Shown here one piece after another: positions 15,546 through 30,930 of a DNA stretch of 64,000 nucleotides. This DNA is from the human T2T-CHM13v2.0 reference genome, Homo sapiens. Under the pieces are notes generated by a model. The model had not been told where the DNA came from. It worked only from the letters and a program-made list of their open reading frames with translations, and did no database searches. The DNA is taken from the NCBI RefSeq assembly GCF_009914755.1, contig NC_060940.1. One strand, given 5' to 3'. Each line of letters begins with the position of its first letter. The stretch's first letter is position 1. Made by a program: the position numbers and the translations under genes.

Positions 15546-17086
15546 CATGGTCAGGTTCACAGCGTCCCTCTCCTGCCTCTGGGCTCCTGAGTGGCACAGT
15601 GAGAAGAAGGCCCCTCTCCGGGCAGATGGAATGAGGGGATGGGCCAGCCCTGACTCGGTGGCTCCTTCTGAGGCTGCTCTAGCACCTCCAGGCAGCAGGA
15701 AGAGGCGTTCAGGCCTTTCCCAGGACAAGGCCTACCCCGCTCCTGCCCAGGCAGCAGGCAGCAGGCAGCAGGCAGCGGCTGGCTCCATGCCTTCCAGCCT
15801 TCAGGATGAATTCCCTCCTCCTGGGAGAGGCCCCTGTTTCCTATCCCTGAGGAGCGCTGCCAGCTCTGCATGCCCTCGGGTTCTGCAGGAGTCCAGGGAA
15901 CCTCTGGCTGGGAAGAGGCCTGGGCCCCACCTCCCTCAGTGGCCTGCCAGGCCCCACCCTCCCAGCCTCCCTCAGCAATCGCCCCCGCCCTCCTCTCCCC
16001 GGCTGGTCTGTGTTTCTTGGCCCCAGTTGAGATGAGTCACTGGGGAGCCCCTGACAGCTCTGAGGGTGGCAGCCCCCCGCAGGACCCAGGAAGTCAGAGT
16101 CCCCAGGGCAGCCAGGCCTGAGCTGGCCTCGAAGCCACCAGCCCACTCAGAACAACCGTCTGTAGGGCTCATCAGAAACACAAACAGCCCAGCGGGACAA
16201 ACACGCTTGGAGTTGGCCACCCTGGGGCCACAGCCCAGCTGCCCCTGTCAGTGACAGGATGTCTCCAAGTTCAAGGCCATCATCTCCAGGTGGAGGTAAG
16301 AGCCCCAGCCCACCGGGATAGCCGGAAGGCTGAGGTCACAGAGAGGGCCCCATGCCCGGCACAGGTGTCTTCAATAACATGAGTGCATGGCGCCCACTGG
16401 CCACCTCCACGTGAGCTGTGGGAACGCTCACTCCTCAACAGCAGTGCTCTGAGAAACACGCACACAACGTTCTTCCAGCTGATACTCGGAAAACCCAACA
16501 TGTATTGCTGAGTTACTGGGTGTCCCAGGCTCTGCAGGCGCCAGAGAGTCCATCATGGTGGGCAGCTCCCACCCTGGAACCCCGCAAGGAAGTGACTCTC
16601 CCAGTGGATGCTTAGGCTGGTGTAAGGGAGATGCATGGTGGCAGGAGGAGAGGCTGGGTTCTCCCCACAGGCATCAGGCAGGGCTGGCTGCCTGGAGGAG
16701 GGGGCCTGTTAGGGTGCAGGCCTCGTGTAGTGGGCAGCGCAGGATGGAACATGCTGTACCCAAGGCTCCTGCCTGGCCCCCTGGGCTCCCTTTCCTGCCC
16801 CTGATGGTCCAGAAGCTGCGTGTGTCTCCCCAGCCTCGGCCTGAGGCCTGGCACCAGGTGTCAAACACCAGAGTCCTGGCAGCCGGAGGATGACAGCTGG
16901 GCCCCACCCCAGGGGACAGGCTCCAACACGTTCCCTGCAGGGCAGAGGCAGATTCAGGGAGGAGGGGGGGTAGGGGGTGGGGATGGCCGGCTGGGGATCA
17001 GACTGACCAGGTCCGAGTCTGGGCTTGTCCTGGGTGCACTGACAAATAACTCGCCACGTCTATTTCCTCACTGCAAAAGGCTGGTG

Positions 17087-17395
17087 GGTGGGCACGGGGG
17101 CTCACGCCTGTAATCCCAGCACTCTGGGAGGCTGAGATGGGAGGATCACTTGAGCCCAGGAGTTCGAGACCAGCCTGGGCAACATGGTGAAACCCTGTCA
17201 TTACAAAAAAATACAAAAATCAGCCAGCTGTGGTGGCACACATCTGCAGTTGCAGCTACTAGGGGAGGCTGAGCTGGGAGAATCACCCGAGCCAAGGAAG
17301 TCGAGGCTGCAATGAGCTATGATTGCACCACGGCACTCCAGCCTGGGTGACAGAGCAAGACCCTATAAAAACAACAAACAACAACAACAACAGCT
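17087..17395 (+). mobile_element. Alu (AluJ-like) with (AAC)n tail
   Basis: Full-length Alu consensus. Confidence 0.9.
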
Positions 17396-18519
17396 GTTGA
17401 TGTTGATGGCGACTGCTCAAGGTTGTGTGAAAAAAATTAAAAGCACGTGACGCTGAGGTTGAATAAAAGGACTTTCTCATCAGACATCCGTGACATGGCC
17501 AAGCATGCTAGCTCCAAGAGGTCAGTGCTATTATTATTATTCCTGTTTTACAGATGAGGAAGCAGAGGCTCAGGGCGCAGTGAACATTCTCTCAGGTCAT
17601 CAGCAGCAGAGCTGGGAAGCTCGTGCATGAAGTTTAGGTGTCTGTATAGACAGCTCCTCTTCTCACTGGATTTATAGGCTCCCCCTCCTTTCTGCAGAGG
17701 GCAGGGAGCTCATTCAATAAACAGAATCAATGAATGAATCAATGAACAGTTGCGCTGTGTGACCCCGGGCAAGCCTCCTCACTTCTCTGGGCCCGCATTT
17801 CCATTTGTCGGGTTAAGCCTGGGAGCGTTCAGCTCTAGAAAGCTTTTCAAGCCAAGGTCCAGGAACCCAGAGAAGCAAAAGGCAGCCTGGGGCCCCAGCA
17901 GGGGGACTTTCCAAGGTCCCTGGTCATTTTTAGCCTCCCTCCCTGGGGACAAGTGACCCACACTCTGTCCTCAGGCCTGGCTGCTCTCGGCAAGTTCTTT
18001 TTCTGGCTGTATGAACTCAGGCTGCGTGCACAGCCAAAGTTAAACTCAAGAGGGCTGGACACGTGGCTTGGGCGGGGAGCCGGGGCAGATGGCAGGCCAC
18101 CTGTGGAAGGGATGGCTGCGAGTTGGCAACCCCCACCAGAGGCACCTCCACCGCCCCCCTCCTCCTGCCTACCTGCTGGCCTCACTTACTCCCTGTGTTC
18201 TGCACTGAGCCCCTGCAGCATCCATGGCAGGGGCTCTCACAGAGAGGGGACCAACTGAGGCTGGACAGGTGACGAGGGGACAGACATCCTCTTCAGAGCC
18301 TGGTTTGCAAAGGCTCAGGGCAGGGAAAGCAGAGCCCCAGCAGACCAAGGGGAAGGGGCTTGGACACCTCTCAGAGGAGACCCCCAAGTGGGGCTATGGG
18401 TAGGTGCTGACCCCCATGTCCCCTGACACCCCATCCCACCTCGGTCCCTTAAAGATCCCACCAAATCTGTCCCTCGAAGGTGTCACTCACTAAATCTTTG
18501 GGCATTTAAAGACTTTTAA

Positions 18520-19422
<903 letters not shown>

Positions 19423-19444
19423 TTTGGATGCCCACATCTTTATA

Positions 19445-19720
19445 TAGGGCTCTGTCCCTTACCTGCAGTTGTAAAATCACAAGTGCTCAAAAAAACCAAG
19501 TTTTTGTGTCACTCATTTGGCTGCAAAAAACTGACCTGAGGCTCATCGGAGCCTCCACTTGCTGTACTCTGCATGAATATTCATGTATTTCGCTACAGAA
19601 ATATAACAGTGGTTGATTAAGGGAACTGCCTCAGCCCCGCTGGGGTGTCATGTAAGATTTGGCACTGGTACCATTTTATAATTCTAATGCTACAGAATAT
19701 GCTGAGTTCTGGAACTCCTC
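19445..19720. mobile_element. DNA transposon relic (MER46C/Tigger-like)
   Basis: Inverted homolog of 60045-60365 (ccccgctggggtgtc vs gacaccccagcgg; atttggctgcaaaaaactg vs cagtttttgctgccaaac); family assigned from memory. Confidence 0.55.
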
Positions 19721-19999
19721 TGCTGTGATGGAGGTGCATTCGATTTTAACCACGTGGAGAGATGTCTTCAGGGCTGACATTTGCTGGATCTTTGCTGGTG
19801 TTTCGCTCATGTATTGAATTCAAACATGGAGAGAATTTGTTCTATCTCACATAAAGACATTGAGGCTTAGGGAGGTTCCACTCATGAGAGATAGGCCAGA
19901 ACTGGGCCTAGATCTCTGGCTGCCAAGCCCAAGCTCAAGCCGTTAGACCTTCCTGCTCCTTCCCCTTCTTGGGGGATGCTGTTTGAGATGTCTCTAATG

Positions 20000-20510
<511 letters not shown>

Positions 20511-20969
20511 CCAGGGTCCCAGGACTGGGGTGAAGGGAAATGTTGTTCCAACTTCTTCTGGACTTGAACTTAGGGGCTCCAGGATCTCACTTTTTGCCTC
20601 TACCCCCTGCTGCCAGGAGCACGTCAACCTTAACTGTCACCCTGGGAGCCCCGTCTCTCTGAGGCAGCCACAGGGCTGTCAGGCATGTCCTGTTGGCCAA
20701 AAAGCCATGGCTGGGAGTGGCCTCTCCAAAGCCAGTCATTAATCTTGGTTAACGCAAGGGAATTGCACCTCAGTTCAGATATTACCTTCCCTGCCCACTC
20801 CCTTCTCAGAGCCTGACCTTTCTGCATATTTTGCGGAACACAGCACGAAGTTCCCACGTGAGCACTGACATTCCCTGGCCCTCTGCTGCTCCGCAAAGGG
20901 CAGTTGTGCTTTTTATCTTAAATCAGTCTGCCTGTCTTCTCTCCCTGCCTTTTTTTCCAGGAGTAAATC

Positions 20970-21450
20970 CTTCCTTCCTCCCATCCATATACCCACCAAC
21001 CCATCTTAATCCATCCATCTGTTCTCTTTCTATCCATCCATCCATCCATCCTTTCTCCATCCATCCATCCATTCACCCATTCATCCATCTATCCATTTAC
21101 CCACCAAACCTTCTATCCCAAACTCATCCATCTATCCACTCATCATTCATTCACCTACCCACCAAACCATCCCTCCACCAAACAATCAATTTGTCAATCC
21201 ATTCATCCTTCATTTCTCTTGCCTTCCATCCATTCATCCATCTACCTATCCATCCACCCACCCAGCCATCATCTGTCCATCCATCTATCCATCCATCCAC
21301 CCATATTCATTCACCCACTCACCAAACCATCCATCAATCCATCCATCCTTCATTTCTCTTTCCTTCCATCCATCCATGCTTCCATCTGTCTACCCATCCA
21401 CCCACCCAACCATCATCCACTCATCCATCTATCCTATCCACCTATCCATT
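20970..21450. repeat. Degenerate (CCAT)n simple repeat
   Basis: Repeated ccat/tcat/ccac tetramers. Confidence 0.9.
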
Positions 21451-21589
21451 CTGGTGCCCAAGACAGGTGCCCATAAATCTAATCAAATGAGTGAATGATG
21501 AGTCTCTCCAAGCAATTTATTTAGTAACCTTATGAGAAAGGGAAAAAGATTCCCCTGGAGCAAGTGGCTTTGGTGGAACGCGTCCCTCC

Positions 21590-21900
21590 CAGCTCTCCTC
21601 ATTCATTCATTTGCCCATTATTCAGCACATGTTTACTGAGTGCCCCCTAAGTGGCAGACATCACCTCGGTTCTGGTGCTGGAGATACACAGTTGAGCAAA
21701 AACAGATGCCTGGGCCTCGCCCTCATGAAACTTACAAATGTGAGGGGGGACAGATGTTAGCCAAGTAGCCACGCTCATGAAGCCATAATTACAAACAGCA
21801 ATTACAAGCGGTGCCCACACAGTGCCCAGAAAGAAAAGAAATCACTCAGAATATCACAGAGGTTTCCGAGCCAGGCCCCGGGGCCAGGGAGGACTCCTGC
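21590..21900. mobile_element. L2 3' fragment
   Basis: cattcattcat...tttactgagtgcc...gtgctggagataca. Confidence 0.6.
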
Positions 21901-22168
21901 GAGATCTGGATGGTCATGCAGAGGCCAACGCTGGTCAAGGAAAAGGGCACCTGAGCCAGGTGAGTCAAGAGAGGAATCCAACAAAGAGAACGGGCTGCAA
22001 AAGCGGTGAAGAAGCTGCAAGAGCAAGCAGGGAAGTGAGGCTGACTCGTGACGAAGAACAGCAGGAAGCTGCTGTCACCCCTGGGCAGGACAGGGGAGGA
22101 GGATGGAGTTACTAGAGCTGCTGCCGGAACCACAGAGATCTGGCCACTTGCAGAGACACTGCCCAAGC

Positions 22169-22202
<34 letters not shown>

Positions 22203-23809
22203 GGAGTGAGAGGAGGGCTTCTCCCTCCCCTGGCCCTCTAGTCTCCCTCAAGTGCCTCTCAAGGACTGTCCCTAATGGGAAGTCAGAGGCAAGGAAGCCT
22301 GGGAAATGTAGTTTGCAGGGTCAGCCTGCAGAGCAGAAGGGTGAGGAATGGGGTATGCCTGGGACAGGCAGGAATTCATCAGGCACAGAGGGGAGGGGCG
22401 CAAGTTCCAGGCAACGGAAGCAGCACATACAAGGACCCTGTGGTGCAACGTGCCTGGTGCCTCTTAGGAAGGCCAAGGCACCAGGAGGGTGCAGGGTCCC
22501 GAGAGGCCTCAGGGTCTCCAGGAGACCTGGGCAGGGCCAGCAAACAGGGATTCTGACCTTTAACCTGAAAGCTCTGAACGCTGAGAAGGATTTTAAGCAA
22601 GAGGGAGACCACAACCAGACTTGCGCTTTTGAAAAGACCGTGCTGGCTGCTGGGTGGAGAACAGACGGACGGGGGCCCCCAGAGGGGAAGCAGGTTGGAG
22701 GTTGGGGCTGCCCCGCCAAGCCCCTCCCCCAGCTCCCCAGCTTCCGGCCCAGGCCGGGGACCTCCGATTGTCCCCACCCTCTGGTCTCAGACCCCCATGG
22801 CAGGAGGGGAGCTCCAGCTTCTCCTAAGGAGACCCCCACTTTCTTGATCACCTGCTTCCCCCTTTCAGATGGCAGTCCTGGCTCCACCCCCCAATGAGGC
22901 CCCAGCTCGGCCCACACCACCCTGCCCACCTCCTTACCCTCTGCTAAGCCCCCCCAGCGGCCCACACCCTGGGCTGGAGTGCCAGCCACCGCGGCACCTG
23001 TCCATGGCTGTTTTCCACTGCTCCAGCAGCTCAGCTTTCAGCTCTGATAAATATTAACGGCCACGTAGGGTCGAGGGGGGCCCCACGGAGAGATAGTCTT
23101 TCTGGAAGGCACATCAGGGTGCCCAGTCACAGTCGCAACGGGACACCCGGGCCTGACTCCCAGCCTCCTCGCCTGCCCCCACCCCATCCCACTGGGCGCC
23201 AAGCCTGGGAGCCCCACAATCAGACTTTCTCTGGTTTTCTCTTAATGCCAGAGCTCAACTTCCCTTGAGTGAAACCTCGGGCTTCCAAGGAAGAAATGGA
23301 GTCAGGAAGAAGTTCTTGAATGACTGACTGAGGGCCCCTTGGCCTCATAACCACAAATCACCCTTTTCCAAAGGGGTAGAAGGAGCTTTAGGCTGGGAGT
23401 CAGGAATGCCGAGTTCTAGCTGGACTTTGTGTGACCTTGGTCAAGTCAGGGCTGTCCTGGGCCTTGGACTCTCAAATTCAGGGGGTGGGCTGGAGCACAT
23501 CCAATGCCTCAACTCTCTCTAAAAATTCAGGCTTTGGAAGGCAGGCACTTCTGGAAGGTGGGAGCCATTTCAGGGAGCCAGGTGGGGGGTGCTGGTGGTG
23601 GGGAGATGAACCTTTGAGCAGCGTTTACTGTGTTCGAGGCCCTTTGGCATTTGATCTCTTGACAAGGGGGTGTCACGGGCATGGTTGTTGCGACACACCC
23701 ACGTGGAGTAAGGAAATGTGGCTCGCAAGTTCAGCCACTTAGCAGGGGCCACACTGATAATAAATGGCAGGGTTGAATTTCCATCTAGATTTTGAAATCT
23801 AGAGCAAAG

Positions 23810-24137
23810 TAGTACAGTACTCAGTGTGGTCTCTGGAGCCAGACAGCCCGGGGTTGAAATCCCAGCTCTGTCTGTTAGAAGCTATGTGATCCTGGCCAAA
23901 TAGCTTAGCCTCTCTGTGCTTCTGTTTCCTCATCTGTGAAGTGCAAATAATACTTGTGCACCCACCTCATCGGGCACTGAAAGGCTGAAATGGGATGACG
24001 TGTGCAGATTTAGCTCAGCTAGCTAAGGGCTCGGGATTGCTGTATTGATTAAGTCTCACTCGAAGACACATGTGCTTGCCACTGTGTCGGCCTGCTGCTT
24101 GTTTGCTTGGACTCTGTGCGGTGTGTATATACATATA

Positions 24138-24171
<34 letters not shown>

Positions 24172-24457
24172 TTTTTTGAGACAGTTTCGGTCTCTCGCCC
24201 AGGCTGGAGCGCAGTGGCACAATCTCCGCTCACTGCAAGCTCCGCCTCCTGGGTTCACACCATTCTCTTGCGTCAGCCTCCCGAGTAGCTGGGACTACAG
24301 GCGCCTGCCACCAGGCCTGGCTAATTTTTTGTATTTTTAGTAGAGACGGGGTTTCACCGTGTTAGCCAGGATAGTCTCAATCTCCTGACCTCGTGATCTG
24401 CCCACCTCGGCCTCCCAAAGTGCTGGGATTACAGGCATGAGCCACAGCGCACGGCCG
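23810..24457. mobile_element. MIR (+, 23810-24010), then (TA)n and a reverse young Alu (24155-24457)
   Basis: MIR core ctctctgtgcttctgtttcctcatctgtgaa; Alu with AluY-type diagnostics. Confidence 0.85.
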
Positions 24458-24962
24458 GACTCTGCACAGTATTTGAACCCAGAAGTCCCCCGGAAGAAAT
24501 GCACATTGAACCCAGGCCCGGTGGAGTCAGGACCCAAAATCACAGGCGATTGATCTCGGGGACTGTAAGCCACTGTTCCTGGTGAGCACTGTCCTTCAGA
24601 CAGCTGGAATGTTCTAAATCATTCTAAGACCCAGGCAGATTGGAATTTAAAAATGTATTTCCCCTTTTAGAGTGAGCCATGCCTAAGTATTTCTGGCCTG
24701 TGAAAGGAACACAGTTTCAGAGCCAGGGCAGAAAAACCATGTGTGCTCACAAAACCCAACCCAAATCTTGGCCATGAAGACCGTTTCCTCTGTAGCTTGT
24801 ACGGACTTCATTGCAGCTGCTCTGGAAGGCAGGGGGTGCCCTGTAAGAAGCCGCCCAGGGGGTTGGGCTGGTGGGTGAGCAGCTGAGGGGAGGAGTCAGG
24901 AAGGGCGGAGTCTGGGAACCAGGGAGCCTTGGGAATTCCATAGGCCTATGAATGTGATTTAA

Positions 24963-25660
<698 letters not shown>

Positions 25661-25699
25661 GCTGCATTTTGTGTTTTCAACCAAAGACATGAAATAGAA

Positions 25700-26540
25700 T
25701 GTTCAGAAAAACACAATCATGTAAGTCCCAAATGCAAACTCCCCAAAAGCTCACCAATGGCGGAATGGATGAACAAATGACGGAATATTCATCCATAGAC
25801 TACTATACAGCAATCAAAAAGAACAATGTACTGCTTCAGGAAAAAACAGGGAAGAATTGCACAGATCTAATGCAGAGCAAAAAGCCAGACCCGAAGGGTA
25901 CATATGATACACTTCCACTTAGCAAAGGTACAAAAACAGCCTGTGCGGACATGGGCTACAACGTGAAGGTCTGAAAACATTATGCTGGGTGAAAGAAGCC
26001 AGTCACAAAAGACCACGTGTTGTATGATCCCATTTATACGAACTGTCCGGAACACGCAAATCCACAGAGACAGAAAGTAGATTATTGATTGCCAGGGAGC
26101 GGGTGGGGGTGCGCTGGAGGTGTTGAGGGTGAGAACTAAAGGGTATGAGGTTTCTTTTTGGGGGTGATGAAAATGTTCTAAAATGGATTGTGGTGATGGC
26201 TGAAAACTCTGTAAATATACTAAAAGCCATTGAATTGTACACTTTAAATGGGCGGATTGTGTGGTATTTGAATGATATCTTAATAAAGCTGCTAAAAAAT
26301 AAAATGTTCTTGGTGTTAGAAATCAAGATGCCTGCAGTCCTGGCTCAAGTCGTTACCCTTGCGGGTAGGTGAGGGTCTGGAAGCAGGTACATGGGGGCCT
26401 ACTGGGAGTCTGGACATGCCTTCTTTCTGGGTGCTAGTTACACAGATATGTTCTGTTTGTGAAAATGCAGCTTGCTGTACACGTATGAAGATGCACACTT
26501 TTCTGTACGGAGGCGACACTTCAGTGTAAAAAGGTTTTTT
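25700..26540 (+). mobile_element. Old L1 3' ends (L1MB-like inserted in L1ME-like)
   Basis: gaaagaagccagtcacaaaagaccac, aaagccattgaattgtacactttaaa. Confidence 0.8.
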
Positions 26541-27210
26541 AAAAATGACACCCCAGTGTAGCGTCAGACACATGCCTCAGTCCCACCTCACGTCCCCATC
26601 CGTGAGTCCAGCAACGACCCACCAGCCGCATAAATCAGAGGCCAGGGAAGTCGAGCTGGCGGCTGGGTTTGGAACATGCTTCGGTGACTCAGAGCAGCAG
26701 CTGGAAATAATCTGCTGCTGTTGACTTCACCGCCCTCCTGTTCGGCAGCTCGGGGGACCTGCCACGGCCCACTGAGTATTCCAGTGCCAGAGAGCTGGGG
26801 AAACCTGTCCTGAAGTTGGCGGCCGCTGATGAAGCCATAGGCAGGACTCGAAGGCCTGCAGCGAGGCCTGACCATCAGCCTCCCTGGCAGGACCCCTTGA
26901 GGGACAAGGACGCCTCTAGCAGGAAGGATCTGGGAAGGTGGCCCAACAGGCCAGGAGCTGAGCACACAGCAGGGCGGATGAGAGTGAGGCGCTCCGGCCA
27001 GATCGGGTCTCAGTCCAGCTTTAACACTTCCCAGCTCTGACACTGGGGACATGGATTTGCTGTTCCAAGCCTCAGTGTCCTTGTCTGTAAGAGTGTAATC
27101 GTGCCTACTTTTTAGGCTGTTGAGAGAGCCAGATGGGATAATAATATGACTATCAGCTGTGAACATGGTACCTGGCTTCTAGTTAAACATCAGCTATTGT
27201 CATTGCAGGA

Positions 27211-27579
27211 TGTACGCTGATTAGTACTGAGCACCGACTGTATGCCGGGTGCCTTCGTGGCACTTCTCGGTTGCACGCTGGTTAGTATTGAGCACCGACT
27301 GCATGCCGGGTGCCCTCACGGCACTTCTCGGTTGCACGCTGGTAAGTATTGGGCGCCGACTGCATGCCGGGTGCCCTCACGGCACTTCTCGGTTGCACGC
27401 TGGTTAGTATTGGGCGCCGACTGCATGCCGGGTGCCCTCATGGCACTTCTCGGTTGCACGCTGGTTAGTATTGGGCGCCGACTGCATGCCGGGTGCCCTC
27501 ATGGCACTTCTCGGTTGCACGCTGGTTAGTATTGGGCACCGACTGCATGCCGGGTGCCCTCATGGCACTTCTCGGTTGC
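27211..27579. repeat. 61-bp CpG-rich tandem repeat, 6 copies
   Basis: Unit ttgcacgctggttagtattgggcgccgactgcatgccgggtgccctcatggcacttctcgg at 61-nt period. Confidence 0.95.
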
Positions 27580-28134
27580 TCTGGCTTCTGTCTCCCTTTG
27601 CTTGTGCCCCCACCCCGCCCACTGTGCCCCACCAAGAAACCTCCGTGGCTGGGAAGCTTGGGGACAAACCACATAAATGGCTGCTGTGAATTTCATGCTG
27701 CAAATCAGGGGCCTGTTGAGATGCCGGCGGCAAGGGAGTCTTTGAGTCCACTCCAGATTTATGTGAGTGTTTGTCCCATCATCCCCAGTGGCAGGTCAGC
27801 TCCAGCAATCATTTATCAAAAGGGTTTATGAGGCCCTGAAGTTCATGGCAATATCCTTGGATTTCAAGATGGTGAGGGCTGGGGTGGGGGATGATGTCTC
27901 CTGGAGGGGGAGACTGGGCTATTCTCTGCTGGATTCTTTTTCAGGCTTAGGGGAGCAAGGTGAGGTTTTAGAGCACCCGATTCTGCTCTGTGAATCTGTA
28001 GCCCGTGCTCTGACACTTAATTGTGTAATGCAAACCGTCATTGTTTAAAAAGGCACTTTGCAGTTTACAGAATGTTTCTGCCTAGGTTGTCTCAGGCCCC
28101 GGGATAGAAAATGGCCCACCCACTTCCATGCTCA

Positions 28135-28495
<361 letters not shown>

Positions 28496-30129
28496 CTAAG
28501 ACACGGCTACAAAACATGCTGTATGTGTTTCATGTTTATGTTTAACAAATTAGCACAATAAATGCACAGAAAATGCAACAAAATTTCATCAGCCCCAAAG
28601 CTGGCAACTTATCCTGATTCCAAGAATGGTTCCCCTGGGGAAATCCCTGCTTCTTGGAGCCTCAGTTTCTCTGTCTTTAAAATGGATGTGATGCCTCCAT
28701 GTACTGCTGTGTCACATGAGTGCATGGAGGTGAACCGGTTCATAAGCCCAAGGCCTCCACAAATCCCAGGGATTTTTCGTTGTTAACAGTTACATTCTTT
28801 CCCTCTGAGAAGGAGGATATATTTTTGCCAGTGGCCTGCCATGTCTGAAGCTCTTTCTGAGGATAGCAGAGAAGGGCTTGCTTCGTTCTTAGGCAAAAAG
28901 AATAAAAAAGAATTTAAAAAAAAAGAAAAAGAAAAAAAGAAAGAAAAAAGAAAAAATAGGGCAGTCAGATGATAAATTTTGTTTTTCTGGTCCCCAGTGA
29001 GCCAGAGGCCAAACACAGCACACGTTGTCTCTGAAAAGAAGAGGATGGACCAGCCTAAGAAGGTAAATGGGTCCTGGGCGGGATGCCAAAGGCGCAGGCA
29101 TAGTTTAGAGGAAGGAGGAAAAGGGCAAAAGGCCCACTGAGGAGGGAAGTCGGGTTGCAGGGTTGGGAAAAGCCAGGGGCACGTGACAGAGCTTAATCTT
29201 GATTGCTGGCACTCAAGAGGAATAAAAGATGGCGCAGCAGAAGCTGGCCAGGCAGCTGGATGATTCTGGAACTTGGAAGGCATAATGAGTGAGGTTTTGG
29301 ATAGAGTCTAGCGGCGTCCCTGGTTCAAGCACTGATTGGTCCCCAACCATGTCCACATCCTTGTGAAACTGTGGGGCAGGGCAAGGCAAGCCAGCTCAGG
29401 CTCTGCCCCAGTAGGAGAGGCAGGCAAAGAGACAGAGATACAAAACAACGTGTGGTTAAGCATTTGGAGGCTGGAAATGAGTTCTCCTGGGCAGGATGAG
29501 GGCAGATACCTGCGGTTTCTGGGCTAAGACGAACCTACAGGTAGCTGCAAATCTGAGATGTGCCCAGGTGTTCCATGCTGACGGCCTCCTTGTCTCCTGC
29601 AGAATCCAGGTGGGCATTTTTTACCTGCTCCCAATGCAAGGTCTGTCTGTGAGCATCTGTCAATTCTTTTAAAGTCCTACAATTGAAAGATGAAGAGCCG
29701 GGCTGTGCAGTGTGTGGTCTGGAGGGAGCCTGGCACCCTCTCTCCAGCTGCAGGGTGAGGTGTAGGACTTAGAGGGAAGCCAGGAGATGGCTCTGCTGGG
29801 GATGGTCAGGCTGTGGCCCCAGCAGCACTTGGCAGGGATGTTTGGATGGCTTAGTCCTGTTGGAGCCTTTTGCCCATTTCCATTAGAAACGGGGACTTCA
29901 AGTCTACGTTGGTGCATGAAGTTCATGCCAATGCACCCTGACATTTCTTCTCATCTCCTGGCACAAACTTGGCCCGTTTTGTACCCAGACAGGCACGTTT
30001 GAGGGCCTGTTTCCTTTGGCATGAAACTGGGGACACATGTGAGGAGAGGGGGGACCAGATTCTAGGCTGTTCCTGTCCTAGCATTGCAGGATTGAAGAGA
30101 AAGTGAATCTCACTAGCCAGCAAAGCAGA

Positions 30130-30530
30130 GGGTTTCAGAGGCATGCGGCCGGGGTGCCAGTCCCAACTCCACCACGCTGTGTGACCCTGGGCCTGTGACT
30201 TCCCTCCCCTATGCCCCAGTCTCCTCACCCCTAAACTTGCGGGTACAGCACCACCTACCTCGTGGGCTTTGGGGAAAGATTTGATGAGTTGGCACCTGCA
30301 AAGCATAGGTCCTGGTGTGTGCTTCACACTGAATGGGTGTGCTGTGTGTTTAATGTCTACACATGCTGTGTGTGCTTATATCACTGTTTTTCTGCATCCC
30401 AGTGCAATGTACTTTACCAGCATTGGCTCAGTTCACCCTCTTTGCGCACTGTCAAGTTGGCTCTGCTTTACAGATGGGGAAACTGAGGCTCAGAGACCTA
30501 AACGAGCAAGCCGAAAGCCACACAGCTAGT
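30130..30530. mobile_element. Two MIR fragments in opposite orientation
   Basis: gctgtgtgaccctgggc...ccccagtctcctca; tttacagatggggaaactgaggctcagaga. Confidence 0.7.
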
Positions 30531-30759
30531 AAACGGTTGTGTGATGTCAGTCTGCTGTGTCAAGCTGTGGCAGTGGCCCTGCCCCCATGTCATCCCCCCA
30601 GAGGAGCAGCCATCATCACCGGCCTCCTCCTCTGATTTGTGTTCACCCTGCTTCCTGGCTCCCAAGACGTGTTCCAGGGGACTTTCCTGAGTCATTGGGT
30701 CATTGAAGAGAAGAAAAACATTCAGCTGGACGCCTCCCACTCCCACTCCTGGCCCGCTT

Positions 30760-30930
30760 GACATGCACACACAGGCACACACACAGAAACACACAGGTGA
30801 ACTCATACACACATGCTCACACACAGGGTGCACATACATATATAACTATGCACATGTACACACACACATATAATCTAACAAATGCAGAATCATGCACATT
30901 CAGATACGCGCACACTCACACCTGCATATG
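30760..30930. repeat. Degenerate (CA)n
   Basis: CA/TA-rich low complexity. Confidence 0.8.

Noticed and set aside
14339-16035. Cys/Val/Ser/Leu-rich and Arg/Thr/His-rich ORFs of 190-360 aa
   Set aside because: Translations of TG/TC simple repeats.
20831-21490. 219-aa His/Pro/Ser/Ile-rich ORF
   Set aside because: Translation of (CCAT)n.
27211-27579. Regularly spaced repeats superficially like a CRISPR array
   Set aside because: Head-to-tail units with no unique spacers, in a primate genome; a minisatellite.
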